Assembly (NCBI RefSeq): GCF_006345805.1
Contig: NW_021835922.1
Coordinates: 1-37,845, forward strand
Length of the DNA stretch: 37,845 nt
DNA from: Octopus sinensis
Taxonomy: Eukaryota
Direction: 5' to 3'
In this document: piece by piece, positions 1 through 13,066 of the stretch
Position numbering within the stretch: position 1 is the stretch's first letter
Layout of the letters: the number at the start of each line of letters is the position of its first letter
The notes under the pieces: generated by a model
What the model was told of the DNA's origin: nothing
Database searches by the model: none
The model's input: the letters and a program-made list of their open reading frames with translations, nothing else
Made by a program: the position numbers and the translations under genes

Positions 1-299
1 TTTCAACATTCAATAAAAGAAACTCTTATAATCATTAAAAATTCTTGGCATGCAAATTTAAATACTAATATTCATAGTATTTACGAAAATATTCCTTCCT
101 CCCACCCACCATAAACTTCAAAACTGGTTTAAGACAATCTAATGAAATTGAATAGTTTTCTTTTTCTTTTTTAAATATTCATTTTTCTCACAGAAATAAA
201 GCAAATTTGCTAATGGATGAATAAAGAGCTAAACACTTTAATAATTGTATAATTCTAACACATTCATAGATTAAGAACAAAAACAATGACAATACTTAC

Positions 300-363
300 A
301 ATCCGTAAGAGTTGTTACTCCTGCCAATGTTATGATAGGAACACTAGGGATTTCACCATTCAT
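300..363 (-). CDS. NIPBL: First coding exon of Nipped-B-like cohesin loader (N-terminal MAU2-binding segment); gene continues leftward out of the window
   Basis: Minus strand reads ATG AAT GGT GAA ATC CCT AGT GTT CCT ATC ATA ACA TTG GCA GGA GTA ACA ACT CTT ACG GAT T|gtaagt = MNGEIPSVPIITLAGVTTLTD. This matches human NIPBL MNGDMPHVPITTLAGIASLTD. The coding part is 64 nt with a phase-1 donor GTAAGT (299-294), the same position as human c.64+1. An extra in-frame ATG lies at 366-364. Confidence 0.93.
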
Positions 364-410
364 CATGTGATTTAGTACATCCTTTAAACCAAGTTACATC
401 TATAAAAGAA
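364..410 (-). promoter_or_regulatory. NIPBL: Splice acceptor and 5'UTR portion of the NIPBL first coding exon (exon 300-399)
   Basis: ttcttttatag|ATGTAACTT gives an acceptor AG at 401-400. An in-frame TAA upstream of the ATG shows this part is untranslated, which implies an upstream non-coding exon. Confidence 0.75.
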
Positions 411-550
411 GTTATGAAAATATTTAAAACATGATTTTCAAAAATAAACACGTATGAAGAAACAAAATATTTAGTCTCATATATTATTAATAAACCAATT
501 CACCATAAACAATAAAATAGACAATTTTTAAAAAGTCCTACATATATACA

Positions 551-686
551 GGTGCAGACATCGCACCTGTATGTAGGATTCAGTCCTACTGTGTGGCATC
601 TTGAGCAAACATATTCTATTATAACTTCAGGTCAACCAAAGCCTTGTGAGTGGATTTGGTAGATAGAAACTGAAAGAAGCCCATCA
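551..686 (+). mobile_element. Degenerate tRNA-derived SINE (5' half)
   Basis: ggattcagtcctactgtgtggcatcttgagcaa...caaccaaagccttgtgagtggatttggtagatagaaactgaaagaagccc is the same family as 25744-26130 and 26486-26826. Confidence 0.8.
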
Positions 687-700
687 TATATATATTTCTA

Positions 701-748
701 TCCAACCCATGCTAGCATGGAAAACAGACATTAAACGATGATGATGAT
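701..748 (+). mobile_element. RTE LINE extreme 3' tail with (GAT)n
   Basis: tccaacccatgctagcatggaaaacagacattaaacgatgatgatgat matches the RTE termini ending at 20587, 25166 and 34521. Confidence 0.8.
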
Positions 749-894
749 TATGAATAATATATATATATTATTATATATATAAGAATATATATATACAGAC
801 ACACAGACAGACACACATAAAGTGTTAGCTATCATATATGAAGAGGAATTTTTGTGCCACCATGAGTAAATATCACGAAAAGAAAGGATAGGGC

Positions 895-985
895 ATAGTG
901 ATTGGTACAGAATTTAGAAGAGGAACAAAAAATATGAGCGATGAGACAAGTGGACCTGCTACTGGCACAACAGCCAGATCCAAGA
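895..985 (+). pseudogene. Possible very old mariner transposase fragment
   Basis: Translates EFRRGTKNMSDETSGPATGTT, resembling the mariner N-terminal EFKRGRxSxxDExRSGRPxTATT segment. Short, no TIRs seen. Confidence 0.3.
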
Positions 986-2050
986 AATAAAGGTTACTGC
1001 AGTAGAAAAGGCAGAACAAGGATACTATGTTTGTATGTCAGAGATTAGAATATGCTGATAAGCAGCTGTATGCCAATCAGTTAGGTAAGTTGTCAAAATG
1101 ATTGTCTAAGACATGTAACTTTCACTCAGATTTTATTCATCAGGAAATGAGTTCACATATAAAAATTAGGTTCTAGAAAAAATTTGCATCTGCTTGAATT
1201 TGAATGAAGCGTGTGTGTGTGTGCATATTCGTGTAGACAGGTTATGGACTAAACTCAAACATTGGTTCCAATGTCTGACTAAATATCTTATGATAATATT
1301 ACCAATGGAATTTTATGAGTAAAAAATAAACTTACAAACAACACAAATGTAAAATACTTCTTGAACTATAAAAAAATTAACTGGTTTTAGTTAATGTATT
1401 GGATTAACCTTTTTGCTATATTTCTGTTGAAATATATAGCTTGTCTTTTACTAAAATTTTAAAATAAGAATTTAAAAGAAAAGAAAATCAATGAAAAGGC
1501 TTTATGAAATCATTCCCAAAAAACTGTGCTTACCTAGCAACTTAACCAATTCAGAGATGATTCTAATCTAGATGTATTCAATTAATACCATTTATTTTTT
1601 TAAAGTATAACAATTTCAAACTGTTGCTACATGAACTATTAAACTGCAATACATGACACAAGATATAGAAAAGAAAAAGTAAAAGAATACATGATTGGTC
1701 TGCAGATGTTAATGAGCTTCAGAACATTATTGTTCCAAGGGACTAATAAGAATATATGAAAAATTATTTAAAAACGTGAACCTAGTTATATCTTTAATAT
1801 AAAATATTTGAAAATTTGTTTCACAAATATTCATTTATTCGTTCCTTTAGCATGTTTGTCCATATTAGCATGGTTGCTCAGCAACTTATCTGTGGCACAA
1901 TTTTACAGCCAGATGTTCTTCATGCCACTAAGCCTTACCTGTTTTCAAATCAGGAATTACACTTTCCACACATCTTTGAAAGTGTAAACCAATTGGCTGT
2001 AATATTAACGGAGATGTAAACGTATTACACAACACACACGCAATAATTTC

Positions 2051-2145
2051 TGCAGTTTCTGGCAACCAAATTCACTCCTAAGGATTTAATCAGCCCAAGG
2101 CTATAAGAAGACACTTGCCCAAAAACGACATGGATACCACACAAA
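2051..2145 (-). mobile_element. SINE fragment
   Basis: cagtttctggcaaccaaattcact...aggctataagaagacacttgccc is the reverse complement of the core of the SINE at 25744. Confidence 0.7.
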
Positions 2146-4697
2146 CTTTTTAACCACAGACCCATTATACACACACGCAACAGAAACTATGATTCATAAA
2201 ATAAACACCATTTGACAGATTATTCTCCATCTATATTTATTTCTGTCCAATGGGAATGCCTCTCATCAATATATCTACTTTGATACATAAATTAATAGTT
2301 ATGTTTCTATCAAGCAATGTATCTTAAAAGTTACTCTGTAGCTTTTAAGCATGCTCTACATAGACTGCAGGACACACTAGGTCCTAACAATATTCCACAA
2401 AGACTGCCTATATGTACTGTTGATTGCTTTCTTGAAGCAAATGAAACTGATTGACAGAATGCTTAAATTCCATATACTGTTTAAAACAATGCTCCTAAGT
2501 GTAAAGATCCTACAATTACATCCACAATGGAATTCTTGCTTTACATGTGCATGTATAAATGTTTTCATGTGTATGGGGGGGGGGTTAAACAATGATGGTT
2601 GCAGAAATTGCTGGTGACTCACAAGCTTTTGTTAACAGTAGTGTTTTTTTTTGTTTTTTTTTTTTTCATGTTTTGTACAACTAAGAGATGACAATAACAT
2701 TTGAAGGACAAATCTGCAAATTAATCTAGCCCTAGATAGAAAGCCACATGAAGTATATGTGTTCTATTGTTACAGCTAATAAATGTAACTCATGTTAAGT
2801 GATATCGCTCTTCAGTGCACCAATATCACAGTTACTTATACTGTAAAGCTTCAGTAATTGTATCTAACATGTTAGTTGTCTGCTGAGTGTGAGATGCACT
2901 TTCTGTAAAAATGCTACTTCTTACATCTACTTCATGTTTAAGAAATTTAGAAAGGATTTTTATATAGTTTTCTAGCATTTTCCTATCCAAGTTATTTTGT
3001 ATATGCAACTTTTATATACAATTTTCAGTTGACCATGAATGGATGATTATGCATATAGGTCATCAGTCATGCATTTAGTTACATTTATGCTCATGCAATA
3101 GCTACAAACATGCATAAGCATGTGATCATTAGTCACACATGTGCAAGCATATTTATTCAAATAAATGAGAATTTATAAAGGAAGATTAATGATTTATAAC
3201 TCAAAACAGATCTTACTAAATATTACTGCCTATTAAATGATTTCTCTAAGGTCAAAGAATAATTCAAATAGCCCTTATTTTCATGAATGTAGGCTGAAAC
3301 AAATCAACCACCATTTTCTAATGTTAGATTTACAAATAATATACATTAACCAATGTACTCATCACTCACAATAACATACAAATCCTGATTTCCACCAGAT
3401 TCTTTCAGTTTTATTTTATCTTTTTCTTTTTTAACCTGTTATTACATACATTTCTCAGAATTTATTATTTATTTTTATTCCAGTTTTATATCTTTAACAC
3501 CCATGCAGACAAGCATTAAATAGAACTATAACATATCACTCCATATTTTGCTCATATCCTTTGGATTTTCCACTGCCTACATGAAGTAAATAATGTAAGA
3601 CAGATTTGTTTACCAGATTTTCATAGTACTTATCTTGCTGTTGTCTCACCAAAAAAATATCAAGTATGAATTTCATCCCTATCAATCTCAAATCTCTTGC
3701 ATTAATTTCCCTACTACTTTCACAATTTGATCTTTTAAAACACTTAATATTTCCTCATTTCTAATACTTTTTAGGTTTGCAGCAGCTGATGATACTGCTG
3801 CACCAATCTATCAGGCATAAATGCCTTCTCATTAGAAAAACAAATGACAGTAAAAGGGCAACAAGTTTTTATATTTTCAGCAACTATCCTTCAAACACTA
3901 AAAGCTTTACATGAATGTTACATTCACATTTTGTCAGACAGTAGTGATAGAAATGTTTCTACTACTGACATTTTGTTACATTCAGCAGTAGAAACATCAC
4001 ACATATTTCTATTGCTAACCTCCAATGGAAGTAGGTTTTTCTGTCCACATTCTTACTGCCTCTTCAGCATGTTCTCAGAATGACAATATGCTTGTTTCTT
4101 TTAATATGTTACTGAGTACAGAGCTAAAGATTTTGTCATGTATCCTCACAAACTAGAACATTAACAATTCTTAGTATCTACAGTTAAATGTAACACATTT
4201 TCATGATTTCAATTTTGTTCAGCTTCAAACCTTTCCTTCCTGAATTGTTTTTTTTATAAATAGCCAAATAGCTATGCTACCAGCAGAAGCTTGCCCTCAC
4301 CTCTCTTTCAAAAGGGTTGAATAACCAACCACTAACTTACAAGTAATTTTGTACATTTACTTAATAAATGTTTCATCAATACTTCAATAAGTACAATGAA
4401 GATATGCTTTGTTGATGTGAACGGAAGACCAAAATATTTGGCATAGTATTCTGAACTTACTGGAAAATGAAAATACATGTCATTGACTAATGTAATTTTT
4501 TACCTCATTACATATTTATTGCTAGTTAGCTTAGTAATGTACTGTACATAAAATATGTTAACACTAACTTAGCAAAGACTACCTAAAATAAAGGTTATAG
4601 AGTCATTCTGGTAACATGCTTAATAAATTTTTCAATTCTTTCATTCACCTTCTAATAAACTTTCTTCAGACACCCTTAATAACAACATTACCAACAA

Positions 4698-4699
<2 letters not shown>

Positions 4700-4768
<69 letters not shown>

Positions 4769-4783
4769 ATCTCTCTCTCTCTC
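4700..4783. repeat. (CT)n microsatellite
   Basis: Near-perfect CT dinucleotide run. Confidence 0.97.
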
Positions 4784-5843
4784 ATAATAGTTTGATTGAG
4801 CAACAAGTCATTAATTAGCTATCGAAGTACTTTTCCTTCCAAAGAAAGTTGTGTACTGAAGAGATAATGAGTGTTTTGCCTGCATGTTTCTATTCTACCA
4901 TAGTCTTACACTTAATAGTTTTTCATTTTCATGATCTTCACATATTTTCCTGCTTTTACTTATTTATTTTTTAATGACTAGTGTTGTTATAACATTAAAT
5001 ATATGTAAATAATATTAAATATTTTGTTAATTCAGATTATTCAAAGTGAATCTTCCATTTCAATACTGTCTATATTTAATATTTTTGTATGTAAACTGAT
5101 AGTTAGTCAAGTCAAGAGTGCATGATCCAATGATACCAGGTTATTATTATTGTCTGGGGAGACCAACAAAAGAACAAAATGCTTATAATTTTCCCTCTGG
5201 TCTCTATGCAGTTCATATCCATGAGTGATATAGGCCACAGTATTAAAACAGATGCAAAAACCATATTATTGTTAAGTATAAGAACACATGTGGTTATATA
5301 CAAAGATGTATAAACAAGGAGAGAATAGTAACTCAAGTTACTATTCTATGTTTTGACACAGCAAGGTGGGGGATTAGGTAAACTAAATCTCTTTTTGCAA
5401 GAGAATGGGGCGAGATCTATTGAAAAACTTTTAACTTGAAGATTCCTGTGCAAACAGTTCATGAAAAACAGAAAAGAATAGTTACTGGTGAGTAATACAG
5501 GCTTCTAAAGCCATACATCTTATAATTCAATACCACGGTCTATTTAACTGGATTAGGTCACTATTTCATATTGCATGTAATCTGTCCAACAAACACTCAT
5601 GTCTCATCTGTGATACAAAAACAAAAACAACCTATATAGCAAGTGTATGCTAATCATAAGATGAATTGTGTTTGAAAAAAGAAATTTCCAATATATAAAT
5701 CCCTTTTTATTTAATTTAACAATTATGTATTTCAACCTTAGCATACTTTTTTTTCCACCATCATCATCATATACAGTAAATTTTTTTTTAATAAGTTCAA
5801 AATGTAGAAACAGATGATTTCATTTTTGCTGTCAACTTACTGA

Positions 5844-6720
5844 GAGACTGTTAGAGTGGAATGTGAAAGTAAAGAGTGGTTTAACATCAAGAAAGGAGTT
5901 AGGCAAGGGTGTCTTCCTTTACTTCTCTGCTTTAACCTCAACTCAAAGAAAGTGATGCAGAGGTCAGCCAATTATCTTGGTTAGGTTACTGTCAGCATCA
6001 GCAGTTGGTGGGTTAATAACCTTTGTTATGCTAATGATATTGTGCTGATTGCTACCTTGCTAGCTGAGCACTAGAGCTTGATTAACAAAGTTGGCTGAAT
6101 CTGTAACACATTTCAACTAGATCAGCACCAAAAAAACCCAAAGTTATGACAACCACCAGGAACCAGATGAACTTACTATGCAATACTGGTGGGTAATGCA
6201 AACCCAGATTGACAAGCTTGACTACCTGGGTTCCATTGTTGATCAAACAGCAGACTGTACCCAGGAAATCAGGGTAGGACTAGGTGTAGGAAGATCAGCC
6301 CTAAAGGCATTCAATAAAATATGGGGAGACTGAAACTTCTGAAAGCCCTGGTCAGACCAGTAATGTTGCACAGATGTAAAACATGGACCCTAAGTGCAGC
6401 TGACACCAAGCAGCTGTGATTGCTCAAGATAATGTGCAACAAGCATGTGTTGCAAATTGGTTGGGTTAGTAAAACCAACAATTCAGTCTTGGAGATGGGA
6501 GAAAATCAAAATCTGGAAATGGTCAGAGAAGAAAAACTATAATATTTTTGCAACATAATCAGGACTCAGAACCTTTGTGCCCACTTCCTCAGGGTTGGAA
6601 AACAGGCTTACTGGCAACAAAGACAAAGATGGAGCAATGACCTCAAGGGTTTCACAAGGTGGACCATAGTGGTGTATATAGGTGTAGCAAAGAATGGTGG
6701 TTGTATGTAAGAACTTTGCA
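5844..6720 (+). pseudogene. Old RTE-clade LINE reverse-transcriptase remnant
   Basis: Translates EWFNIKKGVRQGC..., NNLCYANDIVLIA (decayed YADD), ...DYLGSIVDQTADCTQEIRVGLGVGRSA..., ...PVMLHRCKTWTL..., with stops and frameshifts. Absent from the ORF track. Confidence 0.85.
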
Positions 6721-8653
6721 CTACAAACATGAGGACATGAATACCATAATACTCAGAAATATATGTTTTTACTAGCTTTGAGAAAAACTATCACTTTTCA
6801 TGTATATATTATAGCAACTTAAAAATTTAAAGTATTGCCTAAAATATGTTTAGCCATAGAAAATAATTAGTGTAAGTAAGGAAATGTATTTGAAAATACA
6901 TAGAATACAAAAAATATTATAAAGAATAATGCACTATATTTTGTCTAATGCATTTTTCAGATTTAGTTAAGTGGATATTTTACTTATGATCTAGTCTCAA
7001 TTAAAGCAAAAAGAAAAGAAATAAAACATTTATTGGTTTTGTAACAAGTGAGTGTTAAACTTCCCTTCTCTTACATGTAAGAAGTAAGAACATTTGAAAT
7101 ACAGTCAGTTAATTTAAATTTATTGATTTATTCAATATTAAATTCCTGAGTTTATTTACATTTTCAAAAAGGGAAAAAATGTCATGGTTAAAATTTTTTA
7201 TATATTGTTCAATATTATAAATTTCTTCAACAAAATAATGGTCTAAACATATTTTGCATGGTAATTTTAAATTTTATTTTATTTTTGACAAGAAATAAAT
7301 GGTAAATATAAGTTCAAATGTAATTTTATTTATATGTTTCTTACTGGTTTACACTCACCACCTCCACTTCTCATACTTCCATGAACAAGCTGATTTATTT
7401 TCTACAGTAATTGTTTTTGTTTAGCTTTGTGTACATTTGAATAGCCTTCCTTAAGAGGCAGGAGTAGAATTTGTGTTTTAGTTAGTTAAGGAGATTTAGG
7501 GCCACAACACAATGACAACCGGAAAAAGTTACCCTTATGGTCACATACATGGTTTGCAATCCAGCACCTTAATTTCACAGCCTTTGTGTTTCTCTATTGG
7601 AAAATATTTATAATTGAACAAGAAGATATTTTGAAATTAAAAAAATCAAAAGCAAACCAAAAGTGTTTAAAATTACAAAATATCTTAATAATTATTTCAA
7701 AACAAAATAAATATGATTGATTCATTAAGCATTTAGAGAGTAGACTACCTGAAATCACCTCTGAGTTCTATGATATTAAACACGTTTTAACTCTAAGCCT
7801 TGTTATGCTTTCTCTTTATGAATCTTTTAAGCCTGTAAGAAACTAAATTTTGAAATGCCAGTTAGTCCAGTATTAAAAAACCATAATATATCTATTGCAT
7901 GGAACTGGATGAAATTTGTGTGATTGATGTATAGTGTGAATGTGGGTTTTTTTTCTTTTTGTCATATCACTCACTTGTCCAGGTAAGTTGATTACATATA
8001 GTTGTTTTCACATGTATTATCATGGTACTGATTCCTGGCTACTGATTTCCTGTCTCAGATCTGAATTTACACTCCAATTAATCTCTACATTTTGGGAGCT
8101 GCCAAATTTCTATAAGAAACAGTGCTCCAAAATATGTCATCATCTCTTCCAATTAAAAATTTTGTAAGGTCCAACAAATGAGGCTATTTTCTCTCGTTAT
8201 AATAAATATACTGTCTTCATAAAACTACATATGTGTAGAGATCCTACATTTAAAATATATCAGAAAATGAATGCTTGCTTTCTGTTAGTTTTTACCATTC
8301 ACTAATGAAAGTATCAATGCAATTTCAACTATATATTTCCACTCCTACTCAGAATTGATAAATTCCAATATCAGTTAGCTAAATCAATTTTAATTAAAGC
8401 CAGCAATAAAAACAATAAAGTCAAAAAGCAGAGTTTTATGGGATTTAGTTTTATCCTTCTATATTCCTTCCAACTTGAGTAGTAGACTTAATCTGAAGTT
8501 TTGTTTAGTACTATTAACTAGCTTTTGTGCAACCTTAGCAGAGTATAATCTATTGCAACCAATCAAGCCAGATCATTAGTCAGAGGATAATTCCCTACAT
8601 TTGAGTCCTGAAGACTTTGCAAAGGATCATGAGTGTTGATCTTCTTGCCTTAA

Positions 8654-10180
8654 CCCTTTAGTGTTCAGATTAATCTGTCAAATGTAATGCTTATTTGTTC
8701 ACATTATTTTGAATTACTCAGGTTCAAGAGGATTGCCCACAATATTTGCTTATAACTTTGTTAATTTTTTACATACAGATTTGAAATTTTGTCGGTGAAT
8801 GCTTATAGACCAGTGGTTTATAGTTACGTAATTTTAGCTGATCTTTCTCATTAAATGTGATTTTTATGGGCAGGTACATTTAATTAACAGGTGTAAACGC
8901 AATAACATTATGGATAAACACTAAAATTGAAATTTTTAATGCATCCTAATGTTTGATTTGTTACTAAAATTATCCCAGATGTCAACTGCCACAATTTTGC
9001 CACTTTTCAAGATGAGGTACATTAATTTGAATTAATTAAAATACAGGTATAATTGGTACAAGATTTTATTCTTTCTCTATATTTCATTCAAAATTTTTCA
9101 TTGAAAATAAAGTACAAAACTCTTTTATTAGTCAATATACCAACAGCTATGTGCTCTTATACAATTTAATGAATACATTTACATAACAGAATGTATCTAA
9201 TAAAAAAAAAAGCTCATTAACAGGTGAAACAAAGGTGAATACAGGTGTGTTACTTTCTGAAAATTAATATGCATTTCTCACTTTCACATATTATTTGTAA
9301 TAAAATGAAAGGAATATATGATAGTATTATTATCAAACACCAAAATATAGTTATACCATATTTCTATCATGAAACTATCCAAAGCACCCTTTACACAAGG
9401 CCACTTTGCAAAACGAACACATATATAAGGTTTCAACTTGATATCCTTTTGCAATTTTTCTTTTTTTACAGTGAACACAATCCGCAAACTTTTTTCCTTC
9501 CATTTATTTTTTCCAGTTTATGGAAGTCAATATTTTCTTTGTTGACATCCACCTCAGTTAATTTTGCTTTTCTCAGTTCAGTGCTTTCTGGAAGAAAAGC
9601 CCTCAAGTAACTGAGATGCGATGTCTACACAAAATTTCAAATGGTCATAGTCTCTTGGTGGCAGAGGTACCTTGTGGCTTTTTACATACAGAAATGTTGA
9701 TAATACTAAAACTTTAGGGATGTTTGTGTGTAACTGAAATATTTCAGAAATAGTATATTTTATCTTAACCTTTTTTACATATTTATTTTCATAATTACCT
9801 TTGGCAGTGCAGTACAAATTTTTGTGACATTTGAACCTCTATTTAAACAATTAAACACACTTTTTGTTACTGTTATATGAAAAAAATTCATGGCTTCCAT
9901 AGCATCAATACACATACACACATACAGAATACACACACATATAATGAATGTCATTGCATGCAATCAACACAAATACACATTCGCTATCTGTGACATATAC
10001 ACACATTGTCTTCACACTCTCTCACTTGAATAAAGGCAGAAGCTACAAATATTCAATAACATGATTTGTTTATATTTTAGTGATTTCATGGAGGAATCAG
10101 ATATGGCTGGATTTGACCGGTTAAAACAAATAAAGGGGAATTATTTTCAGCTGGTTATAGCCAGTTAGAAAACTAAAGGG
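8654..10180 (-). mobile_element. Internally deleted piggyBac-family element (TTAA-flanked)
   Basis: TTAA(8650-8653)|CCCTTTAGTGTTC ... GAAAACTAAAGGG|TTAA(10181-10184): a 13-bp TIR with one mismatch. It encloses a piggyBac transposase C-terminus. The left end could instead belong to a separate truncated MITE. Confidence 0.65.
9362..9690 (-). pseudogene. piggyBac transposase C-terminal remnant with Cys-rich domain
   Basis: Across frameshifts: DHLKFCVDIASQLLEGFSSRK ... HKLEKINGRKKVCGLCS ... ETLYMCSFCKVALCKGCFG*FH. This is the CxxC...CxxC...LCxxCF..FH pattern of piggyBac. Confidence 0.85.
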
Positions 10181-10497
10181 TTAAGCCATAATTAAAAAAC
10201 AAAACATTCAAATTTTAGCAAAGTTGACTTCATACTTCATCATTCTGGTTAATAAAAATAAATACCAGTCATTTTATAGGATTGAATAAACTGAATATAT
10301 TTCTTCCTCTACTATTGTGTAGCTTTGTGCCACTGTAAGAATTAAGTTAAGTCCATAATTTAATAATAATGTATGACAGTAAGAATTTTGAATATTAGAT
10401 TATAATCTAATATTAAAAAATTATGTATGTCCAAAAATTAAAATTTAATCAAATCAATAAAACTAGAATGAATGTAGCCTACAAGTAAAAAAAAAAT

Positions 10498-11147
10498 TAA
10501 AAAGAGGTGCCCTGCAAGTGAAATGCATATGTCTCTTAAATAGATGAAGTAAAATAACAAGTAAAATACTAAAGAATATCTAAGTATCCAATATATTTTA
10601 ACCCTTTTGATACCAACCTACCTGAGACCACCCCTAACTCTGTGATACAAACTTCTTGTTTTCAAGAGTCTTGAATTAAAATCTTCCATCAAAACTTTGC
10701 ATTAATTTATGTTCCAAACATCATTTAATAATGACAAAATTTTACTATATTCCTCATTATCTTCAAAATTAATCGGAGAAAAGACTGGGTATCTCAAAAG
10801 AAATATGGCAACAAAAAGATTAAAAAAGAGGTGCCCTGCAAGTGAAATGCATATGTCTCTTAAATAGATGAAGTAAAATAACAAGTAAAATACTAAAGAA
10901 TATCTAAGTATCCAATATATTTTAACCCTTTTGATACCAACCTACCTGAGACCACCCCTAACTCTGTGATACAAACTTCTTGTTTTCAAGAGTCTTGAAT
11001 TAAAATCTTCCATCAAAACTTTGCATTAATTTATGTTCCAAACATCATTTAATAATGACAAAATTTTACTATATTCCTCATTATCTTCAAAATTAATCGG
11101 AGAAAAGACTGGGTATCTCAAAAGAAATATAGCAACAAAAAGATTAA
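10498..11147. repeat. 324-bp tandem duplication (2 copies)
   Basis: gtgccctgcaagtg occurs at 10507 and 10831. The copies are identical by eye except G10807/A11131. Confidence 0.95.
10602..10819. mobile_element. TTAA piggyBac-type MITE (degenerate); duplicated at 10926-11143
   Basis: TTAA|CCCTTTTGATACC ... GGCAACAAAAAGA|TTAA. The body aligns with the better-preserved MITE at 17567-17780 (ttgaattaaaatcttcca, ttaatga, ttttacta, atctcaaaa). Confidence 0.8.
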
Positions 11148-12589
11148 ATCATCAACACGAAGTGGTGATATTTAAAATAATTGTTTTATAAAAGAAAAGA
11201 CTGTAACTGTACATATTCCCAAGAACATTCCTCTCAAGGTCTTACAACAGTACTAACAGCTTTCTTAAATACCATTTAACCAATATTAATGAGAAAGAAA
11301 AATTATTCATTTATAGAATCACTAAGAATAAGAGATTAAAAATATTCTATTAATTTGATTTGCAAAAAAAAAAAAATCAATAAATTCCAGTCATCTGCAA
11401 GATTTTAGGATCAATATAAAAGAGCATTAAAAAAACTTTTTTAAAAACCCATTCAAGTGTTCTAAATAGATCCACTTGTATATTTGAAAGTGCTTTGTTG
11501 TTGTTTAGCTGCAGGCCATTCCTGTATTACTGTACCCTTCCTTTTTTAAGATGTTAAAATGTGATTTGAGAGACATTTGGCTACTACTATCAGGCTCATT
11601 TTTGCATATACAGAAAATTCCTTTAATAGATCATCAAATTAGTGCAACTGATGACAAAATAATATTAACTCAGGTATGTTGAAGTGGCAATCTGAATTTA
11701 AATGAGAGGTCAAGTTCAAATTAATTGTCAAAGAACAATGTGGCATCATGTAGGTTGAAGAAGTTCATAATCATTTTACCTCATCATTATGATACAAATG
11801 GTTCTTTGGCCAAAATCACAGCTAAATTGTCTAAATTAGTGAGGTAATATCGTCAGTATATAAAATTGTTGTGCATTTGATTGTTTTACCAAGCACATAA
11901 CTATTCCAAGGAAACAAATTTGGAGATTATATCATTCCCAAATTATAAGAGTTACAACTGTTTAAACTACAATGACTTGTTTTTGTCAAACAAGTAATAA
12001 GGAAATATTTTTCAAGATGGAAAACAAATTATACACCTTCAAAATAAAATATATAAAAAACAGAAAATTATTTTTAGGATATTTTATGCAAATGATCAGC
12101 ATGTCTCAAGTCACTGCACATTTTTTTCCAATATAAGACATAAATTTAACTATCACAGAGACTGTCAACAAAGAGTGATTATCACCACACAGTAAATTGC
12201 TAACCCTCAGCTTACTGACAGTATCCCCGATGAAGTGTTAACTGAAATTTGGCAACTGAGGATCAAATCCACGATATGCCTGCATGAAGACACTACAAAT
12301 TACGATGTGGAATAAAAAATTTATCTACTGTCATGGAAAACGTGTAATAGTAAACATGCAGAATTATCGGAGTAATGGGCATTCAAAAAGGTATGTATGC
12401 ATAGAAATAAAGGAATGAAGTCTTTACGGTTTAAGACTGAAATTAAGGAAGTGCAATAATAATGTTTAGCAGTTCAAAACTGTGAGTAGTGAAATGTAAA
12501 ATTAGGTTGACTGATCATAAGAATCAAATATTGATTGCTTCATTAAAATCTGCAGGTGGTATGAGTTATTTCCCCTGGGTTGTTTAAAT

Positions 12590-13066
12590 AAAGTATTAGT
12601 AATATGTAGTAGATAGAAGGATCCATTGGAAGGGCCCTATTATTGATTTTTTTTTTCAACAATCTAAGTATGTCACAAGGTTTCCAGACAGAAGTTCTAC
12701 TCATGTGTCAAATAAAGTATAAAAGTGATATTATCTGCAATTATTAGGAATAGGACACACAAAATGTCAATCTTTAAAGTAATCGCACATAAACAATGAA
12801 ATGGGTTATCTCACTTAAGTGTCAAAAAAATAATATAAAAGGGGCTACGGGTTAGTTCCCTTGGATGTTTAAAAAGAAATCAGTTATAGAAGGTAGATAT
12901 AAAGGTCCCTTACAGTGGCCATATTGATTTTTTCAATAATGTCACAAGGTTTCCAGGCATGAGTTATACTCACGTGTCAAGTTTCATCAAAATCAATAAA
13001 ACAATGTAGGAGTTAGCAAACAACACCACAAACAAACACATACCGATTTTCCACATATGTACAAGA
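12590..13066 (-). mobile_element. Degenerate Helitron-like element with an internal ~90-100-bp repeat
   Basis: aagtttcatcaaaatc...acaaacaaacacat...tacaagat resembles the layout of the Helitron 5' end near 35239. The block 12609-12711 is repeated at 12893-12980. No 3' CTAG or hairpin found. Confidence 0.4.

Noticed and set aside
2617-2727. Possible minus-strand UTR exon (ttgcag acceptor, gtgagt donor)
   Set aside because: Weak pyrimidine tract, contains poly-A runs, and such site pairs are expected by chance in this composition.
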